Below the pieces are notes generated by a model. It was given only the letters and a program-made list of their open reading frames with translations. It searched no databases and was not told the origin of the DNA. A DNA stretch of 40,681 nucleotides from Candidatus Dadabacteria bacterium (GTDB taxonomy: Bacteria; Desulfobacterota_D; UBA1144; Nemesobacterales; CSP1-2): contig PSLL01000007.1 in NCBI GenBank assembly GCA_040289575.1, positions 76,918 through 117,598 of the forward strand, in the 5' to 3' direction. Below are positions 20,000 to 29,135 of the stretch, one piece after another (the first letter of the stretch is position 1; every line of letters starts with the position of its first letter). The position numbers and the translations under genes are program-made.

Positions 20000-20237
20000 G
20001 TAATTGAGGGTCAGATCTTGAATCGTGAATTTCAAATCCTTCATCAATCCATGGCATTACTTTTTCCCCTCCTAGCACCTATCATATACCTCTCTCCCCC
20101 AAGTCAAGAGTTTTTGTAAGAAGTTTGTAAAATTATAGTTATCGTATATGGGTAACACTGCCGCTTGGGTTTAACCCACCAGCAAGACCGGTGAGCTACC
20201 CAATTTTTAAGTTTCATTTATCTTTGTAGCAGAACAT

Positions 20238-22730
20238 CTACACAACAATATTCACCAGTTTTTTTGGTACGACTATTACCCTTTTGATCTCTTTTCCGGC
20301 AATGTAACTTTTCACCCTTTCGTCAGAAAAAGCGGCCTGTTTTATCTCCTCTTCATCCGAATCGGGGTCCATTAGAACCTGGCTTCTCACCTTTCCGTTG
20401 ACCTGAATTACAATGGTCATCTCTGCGCTCCCTACAATCTCCCTATCCCACTCCATCCAAGGCTTATCGACCAGCGATTCCGCATGACCCAGAGATTCCC
20501 AGAGTTCCTCAGATATATGAGGAGCCATAGGGTAGAGCAGGCGCACTATGGCTTCAACCGATTCTCGGAGAATCACCATATCTTCACAGCCGTTGGGCTC
20601 AAATCGAGATACGGCATTCAGAAGCTCCATAATAGCCGCAACCGCCGTGTTAAACTGAAACCTTTCTAGGTCGTCTGTGACCTTCTTTATTGTCTTATGA
20701 ACCCTAATGAGAAGCTCTCTTGATTGCGCCCCTAGAGACTCCATTAATGGTGTCTCTACGTTTTTTCCAGAATCCGCAATCCGCTTCCTAGAATCATAAA
20801 CAAGCCTCCATACACGGTTTAAAAATCTGTATGCTCCTTCGATCCCCTCGTCGCTCCAGTCGAGGTCCTTTTGAACGGGAGAGGCAAAGAGCATAAAAAT
20901 ACGGACGGTATCGGCCCCGTATTTCGCGATCATATCGTCCGGGTCAACTATGTTTCCAAGAGACTTTGACATCTTAGCCCCGTCCTTAATAACCATCCCC
21001 TGAGTAAGTAGATTTAAAAACGGCTCATCGAGATCGCACATTCCGAGGTCTCTTAAAACCTTTGTATAGAACCTGGCATAGAGAAGATGCAAGATAGCAT
21101 GTTCAATCCCGCCGATGTACTGGTCAACTGGAAGCCAGTATTTAACCTTCTCTCCATCAAACATCCCTTTGTCATAATCAGGAGAAGCATATCTCAGGAA
21201 ATACCAAGAGGACTCAACAAATGTGTCCATTGTATCTGTTTCTCTTTTACCATCTCTACCGCACTTAGGACACATTACTCTTACAAAGCCCTCCACTTTA
21301 GAGAGCGGTGAGCCGCCCTTTCCAGTAAATTCAACGTCCAGAGGAAGCTCAACGGGAAGGTCTTTGTCAGGCACAGGAACAACTCCACACCCTTCACAAT
21401 AAACAATAGGTATCGGTGCGCCCCAATATCTCTGTCGCGATATGCCCCAATCCCTCAGTCTGTAATTTATCTGCCTCTTACCAAATCCTTTAGATTCAAT
21501 GTACTCTATAACTTTTTCTTTCCCGATTTCTGAAGGAAGCCCCGAAAATTCACCGGAATCCACCATAATCCCCGGCTCCTCATAAGCGTTTTTCATATCT
21601 TCTGGATTCAATTCCTGACCTTCCGGCTGAATCACAACCTTTATAGGCAATCCGTATTCCTTTGCGAACTCAAAATCCCTCTGATCATGGGCGGGAACAC
21701 ACATTATTACGCCGGTCCCATACTCCATAACCACAAAATTAGCAATATAAATCGGTACGCGCTCCCCGTTAAATGGGTTTATACAGTAGGCACCCGTAAA
21801 AACACCCTCTTTTTTTGCTTCCTCAGATACCCTCTCAATACCGGTTTGCCCCCGTACCCTATGTATGAACTCGAGAACCCCCTTATCCTGAGGTTTTCCC
21901 TTAGCCAATACCTCTGAAAGCGGGTGCTCAGGGGCAAGACTCATAAAAGTCACCCCAAAAACCGTATCAGGACGCGTGGTGAAAATTCTTAAGCTCGTCT
22001 CACCATCTATCTCTTCTTCTAATGGAAAATCAATTTCAACCCCAGTGCTCTTTCCTATCCAATTCTTCTGCATTGCAAGCACCCTCTCGGGCCATCTGTC
22101 TTTTAGCTTCTCAATCCAATCAAGGAGTTCCTCGGCATAGTCGGTAATCTTGAAAAACCATCCCTCCATCTCCTTCTGCTCAACCTCGGATTTACACCTC
22201 CAGCACCTTTCATCTTCTACTTGCTCATTTGCTAGAACCGTCTCACATGATGGACACCAGTTTACGACCGATGCCTTTTTATAAGCGAGTCCACGCTCAA
22301 GCATTCTTATAAAGACCATCTGCTCCCACTTGTAATAAGAGGGGTCACAGGTTGTGACCTCCCTTGTCCAGTCATAGCTAAACCCAAGCCTTTTGAGCTG
22401 CTCTTTCATCTGGGCAATATTTTGATAAGTCCATTTTGCGGGATGAATCCCGCGCTCAATCGCGGCGTTCTCCGCGGGAAGTCCAAAGGCGTCCCATCCT
22501 ATAGGATGAAGCACTTTAAACCCCATTGCCCTCTTATACCTTGCCACAACGTCGCCAATCGTATAGTTCCTTACATGCCCCATGTGAATCCTTCCCGAAG
22601 GGTAGGGGAACATCTCGAGAACATAGTATTTCTCTCTACTTGGGTCTTCCGATACTTCATAGACCCTTTTTTCATTCCATATTTCTTGCCACTTCTGTTC
22701 AATCCATTGGGGATCATAAGAAACTTCCAT
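20238..22730 (-). CDS. leuS: Leucine--tRNA ligase
   Basis: [51 protein letters not shown]. Confidence 0.98.
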   Translation of the reverse strand: MEVSYDPQWIEQKWQEIWNEKRVYEVSEDPSREKYYVLEMFPYPSGRIHMGHVRNYTIGDVVARYKRAMGFKVLHPIGWDAFGLPAENAAIERGIHPAKWTYQNIAQMKEQLKRLGFSYDWTREVTTCDPSYYKWEQMVFIRMLERGLAYKKASVVNWCPSCETVLANEQVEDERCWRCKSEVEQKEMEGWFFKITDYAEELLDWIEKLKDRWPERVLAMQKNWIGKSTGVEIDFPLEEEIDGETSLRIFTTRPDTVFGVTFMSLAPEHPLSEVLAKGKPQDKGVLEFIHRVRGQTGIERVSEEAKKEGVFTGAYCINPFNGERVPIYIANFVVMEYGTGVIMCVPAHDQRDFEFAKEYGLPIKVVIQPEGQELNPEDMKNAYEEPGIMVDSGEFSGLPSEIGKEKVIEYIESKGFGKRQINYRLRDWGISRQRYWGAPIPIVYCEGCGVVPVPDKDLPVELPLDVEFTGKGGSPLSKVEGFVRVMCPKCGRDGKRETDTMDTFVESSWYFLRYASPDYDKGMFDGEKVKYWLPVDQYIGGIEHAILHLLYARFYTKVLRDLGMCDLDEPFLNLLTQGMVIKDGAKMSKSLGNIVDPDDMIAKYGADTVRIFMLFASPVQKDLDWSDEGIEGAYRFLNRVWRLVYDSRKRIADSGKNVETPLMESLGAQSRELLIRVHKTIKKVTDDLERFQFNTAVAAIMELLNAVSRFEPNGCEDMVILRESVEAIVRLLYPMAPHISEELWESLGHAESLVDKPWMEWDREIVGSAEMTIVIQVNGKVRSQVLMDPDSDEEEIKQAAFSDERVKSYIAGKEIKRVIVVPKKLVNIVV

Positions 22731-22754
22731 ATTTCTAAATTCTCCTTAAATATC

Positions 22755-22781
22755 AGGGGCGGATTTAAAACCCGTCTCTAT
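22755..22781 (-). repeat. REP-like palindrome upstream of leuS
   Basis: Minus strand ATAGAGACGGGTTTTAAATCCGCCCCT, imperfect stem. Confidence 0.55.
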
Positions 22782-23097
22782 AGACTGATTTGTTCTTTCA
22801 CTCCGAAGCCTTTTTCGTGTTCAATCATTTTAAATCAACGCCTATTGGGTTTCAAATCTGTGTCGGCAAGTCTTCCTTAGGCGTAATCCCTCAAAAGAAA
22901 ATCACCTTGTGTCCTATAATCAGCTCGATGCGTGCATCCCCAACTGGATCGGGGACACTTTGCACCTCGCACTACTTTGAACTTATATTAAGCTCATGTT
23001 ATTTTAAGAAAATTTCAAAAAACAGAACTAAAAGATGGCGATTTACAGAGTTTTAGTGTTGCAAGACACTGTAAGAACTTAGATTTTTTACAAAATC

Positions 23098-23126
23098 TTG
23101 ACAATTTCATTCGGCATTGTTAGGAT
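23098..23126 (+). promoter_or_regulatory. dnaA promoter
   Basis: TTGACA-N17-TAGGAT with TGn extended -10. Confidence 0.7.
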
Positions 23127-23201
23127 TTACCAATGCTCGCCAGAAGATAAATCTTGGGGGAGGGAATTTTAAATATTAAGCTTCTGATATTGACAAGTGA
23201 G

Positions 23202-23233
23202 TTATCCACACCCTGTTGATAAGTTGTGGAAAA
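23202..23233. promoter_or_regulatory. DnaA-box cluster upstream of dnaA
   Basis: TTATCCACA 23202-23210, TGTTGATAA 23214-23222, TGTGGAAAA 23225-23233. Confidence 0.85.
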
Positions 23234-23255
23234 GTTGTTGGTTTTTGGAGGATTC

Positions 23256-24737
23256 TTGGCTAAGAAAGTAACCCTGGGACGCAATCTTAGATCCCTTTTT
23301 CCAGATGAAAACGATAAAGAAGCATTTAGAGGAATAGGCCTATTTGTAAAGCCCTCTAGCCCTTCTTCTGCTAATAATCAAAAGACCGACACACCCAATG
23401 AGATTGTATGGGAAGAGGTAATTGAGAGGATAAAAAAGAAATCAAACCCTCAGGTGTTTTTCTGGTTTGATTCTCTAAAGCCCGTGTCGCAGAAAAACGA
23501 ATCTATTACGCTAAAGGCTAAAAGCCCGTTTGAGAGAGACTGGATAACCAACCACTATATGGACGTTATAAGTAAAGCTGTAGAAGAGATTGGTGGAAGG
23601 AAGTTTGAGATCAAGATTATATCTGATGCCCCCTCCCCGGTTTCAGTTGAAGAGATTGAAGAAGAGTCGAAACCTAGGGAAAAGAAGGAGATACTCTTCT
23701 CGGGGTTTCTCAACCCGAATTATACATTTGAGAGATTCATCGTAGGGCCAAGCAACCAGTTTGCACATGCCGCTTCGATTGCAGTGGCAAGAAAACCCGG
23801 AGAGGCATATAACCCTCTTTTTATATACGGTGGGGTGGGGCTTGGAAAGACCCATCTAATCAATGCAATTGGAAACTATATACTTAAGACCACACTCGTG
23901 GCAAGGATATGCTGCATATCCGCCGAAAATTTTACAAACCAGGTGATAAACAGCATAAAGTCCAATAAGATGGAGGAATTCAGGAACAGATACAGGTTTG
24001 GCTGCGACGTCCTCCTTATTGATGACATACAGTTTATTGCAGGAAAAGAGAGCACACAGGAGGAGTTTTTCCATACATTTAACACACTCTATGAGTCAAA
24101 GAAGCAGATAGTAATCTCAAGCGATAAGTCTCCCAAGGATATGTCATATCTCGAAGAGCGATTGAGATCGAGATTTGAGTGGGGACTCATTACCGACATT
24201 CAACCGCCTGAGACTGAGACAAAGGTTGCGATACTCAAGAAAAAGGCGGAAGCCGAAAAGATAATGCTCCCGGATGATGTTGCACTATTTCTTGCCCAAA
24301 ATATCACATCCAACATAAGAGAACTCGAGGGAACTCTGACAAACATCAGTGCTTATGCAAAGCTCTTAAACACGGAAATCACGATAGAGCTTGCTAGAGA
24401 GGTTCTAAAAAACATAGTAAAAGAGCACACAAGGCAGGTCATGAGCATAGAGTCCATTCAAAAAGAGGTTGCCAACTTCTTTGGGATAAAGCTCCAGGAA
24501 CTAAAATCAGAAAAGAAGGTGAAAAACGTTGCGCTTCCAAGGCAGGTCGCCATGTACCTTGCAAGGAGGTATACAGGGGCATCATTTCCAGAAATCGGAG
24601 AGAAATTCGGAGGGAAGGACCACTCTACGGTAATACACGCAGTAAGAAAGATCGAAACTATGATAGGAGAAGACCCAACACTTAAAGAGATGGTAAATGC
24701 TGTATCGAGAAGAATCAACACATCAAGGAGTGGATAG
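23256..24737 (+). CDS. dnaA: Chromosomal replication initiator DnaA with N-terminal extension
   Basis: YTFERFIVGPSNQFA, YNPLFIYGGVGLGKTHL, LLIDDIQF, QEEFFHTFN, RLRSRF, NIRELEG, RQVAMYL, GGKDHSTVIHA. TTG start at 23256 behind GGAGG. Confidence 0.98.
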   Translation: MAKKVTLGRNLRSLFPDENDKEAFRGIGLFVKPSSPSSANNQKTDTPNEIVWEEVIERIKKKSNPQVFFWFDSLKPVSQKNESITLKAKSPFERDWITNHYMDVISKAVEEIGGRKFEIKIISDAPSPVSVEEIEEESKPREKKEILFSGFLNPNYTFERFIVGPSNQFAHAASIAVARKPGEAYNPLFIYGGVGLGKTHLINAIGNYILKTTLVARICCISAENFTNQVINSIKSNKMEEFRNRYRFGCDVLLIDDIQFIAGKESTQEEFFHTFNTLYESKKQIVISSDKSPKDMSYLEERLRSRFEWGLITDIQPPETETKVAILKKKAEAEKIMLPDDVALFLAQNITSNIRELEGTLTNISAYAKLLNTEITIELAREVLKNIVKEHTRQVMSIESIQKEVANFFGIKLQELKSEKKVKNVALPRQVAMYLARRYTGASFPEIGEKFGGKDHSTVIHAVRKIETMIGEDPTLKEMVNAVSRRINTSRSG

Positions 24738-24937
24738 TCTGTGTATAACCCTGTGGGAAATTCTGTGGATGAAATTGTGGATAAAAAACATGTAGATAAG
24801 TTGTGTATAGATTCCGGAATTTATCAACAGAGTTATCAACCTCGAAAACCCAATACTATAAAGGCTTCCTTTGACTTATCCACAATTTCACAGTCCCTAC
24901 TACTACTGCTATTTGTATTTTAATATTTATTCTTTTT
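24729..24937. other. oriC: DnaA-box array and DNA-unwinding module
   Basis: About ten DnaA boxes (consensus-perfect at 24740, 24776, 24876), then ATTTCACA-GTCCC-TACTACTACTGCTAT and an AT-rich tract. Confidence 0.92.
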
Positions 24938-24951
24938 AGGAGTAGAAGGAG

Positions 24952-26058
24952 ATGAAATTCAGGGTGGAAACAATAAGACTCGCCGAAAGGTTGGGGTTGG
25001 TACAGGGAATTGCAGAAAGACGTGCTACTATGCCTATACTCTCTCATGTTCTGGTTCTTGCTTCCGATGGAAAAATCAAACTCACCGCAACCGATCTTGA
25101 AACTACTATGACGACTTGGTGCGATGGGAGTATCCTAAAAGAGGGCAGTCTCACCCTTCCGGCTAGAAAGCTCTATGAGATTGTAAAGGAGCTTCCTCTT
25201 CAGGGCGAGATTGAGATTGAGGAGATTGGAAACCATTGGACTCAGATTAGGGCACAGAGTGCGACATTTAAAATCGCGGGGCTTCCCGCCGAGGATTTTC
25301 CGTCTACTCCTCAACTGCCTTTGGACAGCCTATTTCAGGTAGAAAGCCGAACGCTTGACGATATAATAGGAAAAACCATATTCGCAGTTTCTCCCGATGA
25401 CCTAAGACGGAACCTATCGGGGATTTATTTTGAAAAAAGGGGGATTAGGACTTTGAGACTCGTTGCTACAGATGGACACAGACTCTCTCTGGCCGAGAAG
25501 AATATTGAAGATGATATAAAACTCAAAAAAGGCGTTGTTGTTCCCAAAAAGGGCGTGTCAGAACTGAGAAAGATGGTGAAGCTCGATGAGAATGTCAAGA
25601 TTGGGTGCGGGAAAACCGATTTCGTTGCCCAAAGTAGCGGAATTTCTCTGGTTGTAAGGCTTATTGATGCCGATTTTCCCGACTACAGGCAGGTAATTCC
25701 AGAAAATACAAAGATAACATTTCATATAAATCGAGAAGAGTTTTTAAGTGCGCTAAGACGCGTCTCTATTCTTTCCGCTGAGAGGACAAAGAGTATTAAG
25801 ATGAGTGTGGGGAGCGAAAAAATGACGCTTGCCTCTGTATCTCCAGAGCTTGGAGAGGCAAAGGAGGTTGTGCCAGTAGATTATACGGGGGATTCTCTTG
25901 AGCTGGGGTTTAACGCTAGGTATCTGATGGATGTTCTTGAGGTTATCAGCGGCAATATGGTTCAGTTAGGAATAACCGATGAATTAAGCCCTGTGGTAAT
26001 TAAGCCAGTCGTTGAAGAAGGAGTTTATGTATCTGTTATTATGCCAATGAGGGTGTAG
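24952..26058 (+). CDS. dnaN: DNA polymerase III beta sliding clamp
   Basis: MPILSHVL, LTATDLE, PARKLYEIVK, VATDGHRL, RLIDADFPDY, GFNARYL, IMPMRV. Confidence 0.98.
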   Translation: MKFRVETIRLAERLGLVQGIAERRATMPILSHVLVLASDGKIKLTATDLETTMTTWCDGSILKEGSLTLPARKLYEIVKELPLQGEIEIEEIGNHWTQIRAQSATFKIAGLPAEDFPSTPQLPLDSLFQVESRTLDDIIGKTIFAVSPDDLRRNLSGIYFEKRGIRTLRLVATDGHRLSLAEKNIEDDIKLKKGVVVPKKGVSELRKMVKLDENVKIGCGKTDFVAQSSGISLVVRLIDADFPDYRQVIPENTKITFHINREEFLSALRRVSILSAERTKSIKMSVGSEKMTLASVSPELGEAKEVVPVDYTGDSLELGFNARYLMDVLEVISGNMVQLGITDELSPVVIKPVVEEGVYVSVIMPMRV

Positions 26059-26064
26059 AAAGCG

Positions 26065-26140
26065 GGATACAGTAGACAGAATACAGGAAACAGAATTTAG
26101 CGGTATTTTTCCTGTATTCTGTATCCTGCTTTCTGATTTT
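26065..26140 (+). repeat. Heptamer-repeat inverted hairpin between dnaN and comF (possible terminator)
   Basis: GGATACA GTAGACA GAATACA GGAAACA faces TGTATTC TGTATCC TGCTTTC. Perfect 15-bp stem 26076-26090/26108-26122. Confidence 0.7.
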
Positions 26141-26142
26141 CG

Positions 26143-26871
26143 ATGCTGGATTTCATATTCCCTAGTGTATGTCCTTTTTGCGAATCTGTATCGAAGGATA
26201 GAAGAGTCTGCAATAACTGCCTATCGGAAATAAGGTTTATTAAGGGGGGTTCTATTTGTCTAAGGTGCGGGGTTCCTTTTGATCTTACCGAGACATCAGA
26301 TCAAGATGCCCGCGTGGAATCGGTGCCGGCTCATCTCTGTGGAGAATGCCTTCTGGGTAGGTTCTATTTTGATAAGGCGCGCTCAGTTGCCTTTTACTAT
26401 GGCCTATTGCGGGATATGCTCCATAAATTTAAGTATCAGGGGAAATTGAACCTTGGAGAGGCGCTTTCAAATATTCTAATAGAGAATTTTCCGGATGACT
26501 TGGACATGCCGGACATTATAATTCCCGTTCCGCTCTACATCGGCAGGCTGAGAAAAAGGGAATACAACCAGTCTGTAGTTCTCGGAGAGGGCTTATCTAG
26601 ATATTTGAGGGTCTCTTTTAATCCGTTTGTGCTTAGAAGGGTAAGAGATACAAGACCCCAGTTTGAGATTAAAAACGGGGATGAAAAGAGAAAAAATGTA
26701 AGAGGAGCCTTTTCCCTAAGAGATTCACGGGAAATAAAGGAGAAATCCGTTCTAATTATAGATGACATATTCACCACCGGCTCGACTATAGATGAATGCG
26801 CAAGGGTGCTTCTCGATTTCGGCGCCTCACGTGTTCAGGTTGTAACACTAATGAGGGCTGTGCAGATTTGA
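26143..26871 (+). CDS. comF: ComF family (double zinc ribbon + phosphoribosyltransferase)
   Basis: Four CxxC pairs, FKY, IPVPL...RLRKREYNQS, NVRGAF, LIIDDIFTTGST. Confidence 0.93.
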   Translation: MLDFIFPSVCPFCESVSKDRRVCNNCLSEIRFIKGGSICLRCGVPFDLTETSDQDARVESVPAHLCGECLLGRFYFDKARSVAFYYGLLRDMLHKFKYQGKLNLGEALSNILIENFPDDLDMPDIIIPVPLYIGRLRKREYNQSVVLGEGLSRYLRVSFNPFVLRRVRDTRPQFEIKNGDEKRKNVRGAFSLRDSREIKEKSVLIIDDIFTTGSTIDECARVLLDFGASRVQVVTLMRAVQI

Positions 26872-26877
26872 AACTTA

Positions 26878-26901
26878 GTAGGGCAATTTAGCTGTCTCTA
26901 C
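26878..26901 (+). repeat. GTAG..CTAC REP-like palindrome downstream of comF
   Basis: GTAGGGCAATTTAGCTGTCTCTAC. Confidence 0.5.
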
Positions 26902-26952
26902 AGTCTTAACAGCGGCATGGAAAACTAATCGCGCCGATTAGATATAATTTAT

Positions 26953-27021
26953 TTGACTTTAAAATTCATCTGCTTTAAATTTATAACTCTAAATTAAGTT
27001 CTCTACTTAATTTAGAGTTAT
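26953..27021 (+). promoter_or_regulatory. gspL promoter followed by a perfect 17-bp inverted repeat
   Basis: TTGACT-N17-TAAATT (26953-26981), then ATAACTCTAAATTAAGT-tctct-ACTTAATTTAGAGTTAT (26983-27021). Confidence 0.65.
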
Positions 27022-27054
27022 CTGATCCTTGTCGCGGACCGGATTGGAATAATA

Positions 27055-28548
27055 ATGTATGGAAGATTTGTAGGACTAGATATTGGAACCGATACTATAA
27101 AGATTGCCCTTATAAAAAGGGGGTTAACAGATACGGACTTATCCCAGATATTACAGATAAAAACCCCCGATTCTCTTCAAGCCTTTTCAGAGCTTACGAG
27201 CATCTTTGCAGAGAAATTCCTTCCCAAAAATGATGTTGCGGTATCACTTATTGGCAATCCGGTCTCCATTCGGGTGCTCAGCTTTCCGTTTTCCGACCCG
27301 AAAAAGATTGACCAAACATACGAATTTGAACTCGAAAACGTATCCCCTTTTGACCTTTCCGATAAGGTGCACGGGTATCATCTGGTCAGACGCCCGGAGG
27401 GGAGCGAAGCCATAGTTTGCATGTCACAAAGTGAAGACATAAAGCAATTGGTTGATATCTGCCAGTCAAATGGGATTGACCCAAAGGTTATAACGTTTGC
27501 CCCTCTTGCTTTTGGTGCCCTCGACGGTTTCCTTCTTGGGGAAAGGCCATTGGTTTTAATAGACATAGGGGCATCTCGAATGGGATTTTCTCTATTTGAT
27601 AGAGGGGGAATTAGGCGCGTAAGGTCTTCGTCAAAGGCCGGAGGGCTCATATCAGAGATGATATCAAGGAGCCTTGGGGCATCACATGATGTGGCCGAGT
27701 CCATAAAACGCGAGGGGTTCAAGGGGGATAAAAATCGGGTTCTCGAAGAGGCTGTGTCTCCGATTATTGATGAGATAAAGAGGACGGTTCATTTCTTTGA
27801 GATTGAGATTGGCGAGGAGATTAAGACAGTAATACTCTCAGGCGGCACATCCCTTATGCCTGGCATAAACGATTACATTGAGGAAAGATTAAAAAAGGAA
27901 GTAAAGGGATTTTTTATTCCGGATCTGGGGGAAAATAACTCTGCTATCTTTGCCCAGTCTTTTGCCCTTGCTATGTACGGGAGCGCCATAGGTAGGGGGA
28001 GGCTTAATTTAAGGAAAGGGGATTTCAAATACACAGGCAGGGATAGCGAACTCAGGAGGGTATTTATGGTCCCTGCCTTGCTCTTTTCACTCTTTATACT
28101 CTTTTCCATATACAGGGCCGGGGCGAGGTACTTTGAACTCAAGAGTGAGGTAGAGAGGATAGAGGCCCAGATTAATACGACTGTGAGGGAAACATTTCCT
28201 AATGTAAAGGTAATTCCAAAGCCTATGGAGTTCATGGAGAGCGAGGTCAAAAAGGTAAGGGATAGACTAAAATTGGTTGAAGAAATCAGGGGAGGGCCTA
28301 CACCGCTTGATGTCCTAAAAGATATATCCGCAAGCCTCCCTTCAAACATCAAATTGACCGTAGATGAGGTCAATTTTGTAGACGATAAGACGGTAAGGAT
28401 GCGGGGGAGGTCTGACTCATACGATGAGGTAGCAAGGGTTGAAAAAGCCCTCTCCAGCGCAGGGATGTTTAAACAGGTCATCCGCGAATCAACTGAGACG
28501 GCCGTAAATAACACCGTAAAATTCCAGATGACCCTGGTGCTCAAATGA
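27055..28548 (+). CDS. gspL: Type II secretion GspL (PilM-like actin fold + TM + PilN-like domain)
   Basis: VGLDIGTDTIK, LIDIGASR, VILSGGTSLMPG, LNLRKGDF, one TM helix, periplasmic PilN-like domain. ATGA overlap with the next gene. Confidence 0.8.
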   Translation: MYGRFVGLDIGTDTIKIALIKRGLTDTDLSQILQIKTPDSLQAFSELTSIFAEKFLPKNDVAVSLIGNPVSIRVLSFPFSDPKKIDQTYEFELENVSPFDLSDKVHGYHLVRRPEGSEAIVCMSQSEDIKQLVDICQSNGIDPKVITFAPLAFGALDGFLLGERPLVLIDIGASRMGFSLFDRGGIRRVRSSSKAGGLISEMISRSLGASHDVAESIKREGFKGDKNRVLEEAVSPIIDEIKRTVHFFEIEIGEEIKTVILSGGTSLMPGINDYIEERLKKEVKGFFIPDLGENNSAIFAQSFALAMYGSAIGRGRLNLRKGDFKYTGRDSELRRVFMVPALLFSLFILFSIYRAGARYFELKSEVERIEAQINTTVRETFPNVKVIPKPMEFMESEVKKVRDRLKLVEEIRGGPTPLDVLKDISASLPSNIKLTVDEVNFVDDKTVRMRGRSDSYDEVARVEKALSSAGMFKQVIRESTETAVNNTVKFQMTLVLK

Positions 28549-29135
28549 ATGCAAACGACTCTGTTGAGGGATTAAAGGCTCTTTTAAATCAGGCCCGCGA
28601 GAGATTCGACCGCGCTATGGTTTCGGATAGGGATAGAAGGGCTGTGATCTTTGGTGGAATAGGCTTTCTTATTTTGATTCTCTATGTGGTCTTTCAGTTC
28701 TTTTCATCTGGAAGTGCAAGGCTTGAGAAGAGGGTGAACGCGCTTCAGTCCGATCTTAGGCGAATCGAATCTCTTCGCACTGAATACCTACGGTCAAGGC
28801 GTAGAATAGAGGAACTCACAAACACTATAAAAAACGGGGATGAGCCGTTAATCTCCGTGGTTGAAAAAACACTTGTGGATGCACGAATTGATAGGGCGAA
28901 CTTCTCTATAAAGTCGAGGACCCCTTCGTCCGGAGACCTGTGTGAAGAGACGAGCGTGGACGTTGATATTAAAAAGATTCCCCTTGATAGAATGGTGGAT
29001 ATCCTCTACAGGTTTCAGACAATGCCCACTTTTATCAGGGTATCGAAGTTGCGTCCTCAGACGAGATTTAATGATCCGGATTTAATGGACGTTTCATTTC
29101 GTGTGTCGACCTTTAAGTTTAATAAGGTGCTCTAG
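28545..29135 (+). CDS. gspM: Type II secretion GspM-like protein
   Basis: SDRDRR before a single TM, coiled coil, EETSVDVDIKKI.L..MVDILY, DVSFRVSTF. Confidence 0.78.
   Translation: MNANDSVEGLKALLNQARERFDRAMVSDRDRRAVIFGGIGFLILILYVVFQFFSSGSARLEKRVNALQSDLRRIESLRTEYLRSRRRIEELTNTIKNGDEPLISVVEKTLVDARIDRANFSIKSRTPSSGDLCEETSVDVDIKKIPLDRMVDILYRFQTMPTFIRVSKLRPQTRFNDPDLMDVSFRVSTFKFNKVL

Noticed and set aside
19820..20047. 75-aa minus-strand ORF (MMKDLKFTIQDLT...)
   Set aside because: It is antisense to the InlB B-repeat remnant plus the junction motif, and the protein-like signal is on the plus strand.
22731..23090. T-box riboswitch for leuS, or a hidden rpmH
   Set aside because: No GGTGGnACCGCG antiterminator and no MKRT(F/Y)QP-type ORF on the minus strand.
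23226..23255. ORF-track GTG start for dnaA
   Set aside because: It lies inside a DnaA box with no SD. TTG 23256 has GGAGG upstream.
24741..24923. 60-aa ORF between dnaA and dnaN
   Set aside because: It is the translation of phased DnaA boxes (VD/VDK repeats) and the DnaA-trios.
27873..28544. 223-aa antisense ORF in gspL, and similar shadow ORFs (e.g. 4947-5354, 13238-13711, 22422-22880)
   Set aside because: They overlap well-supported genes and have no recognisable motifs or RBS.
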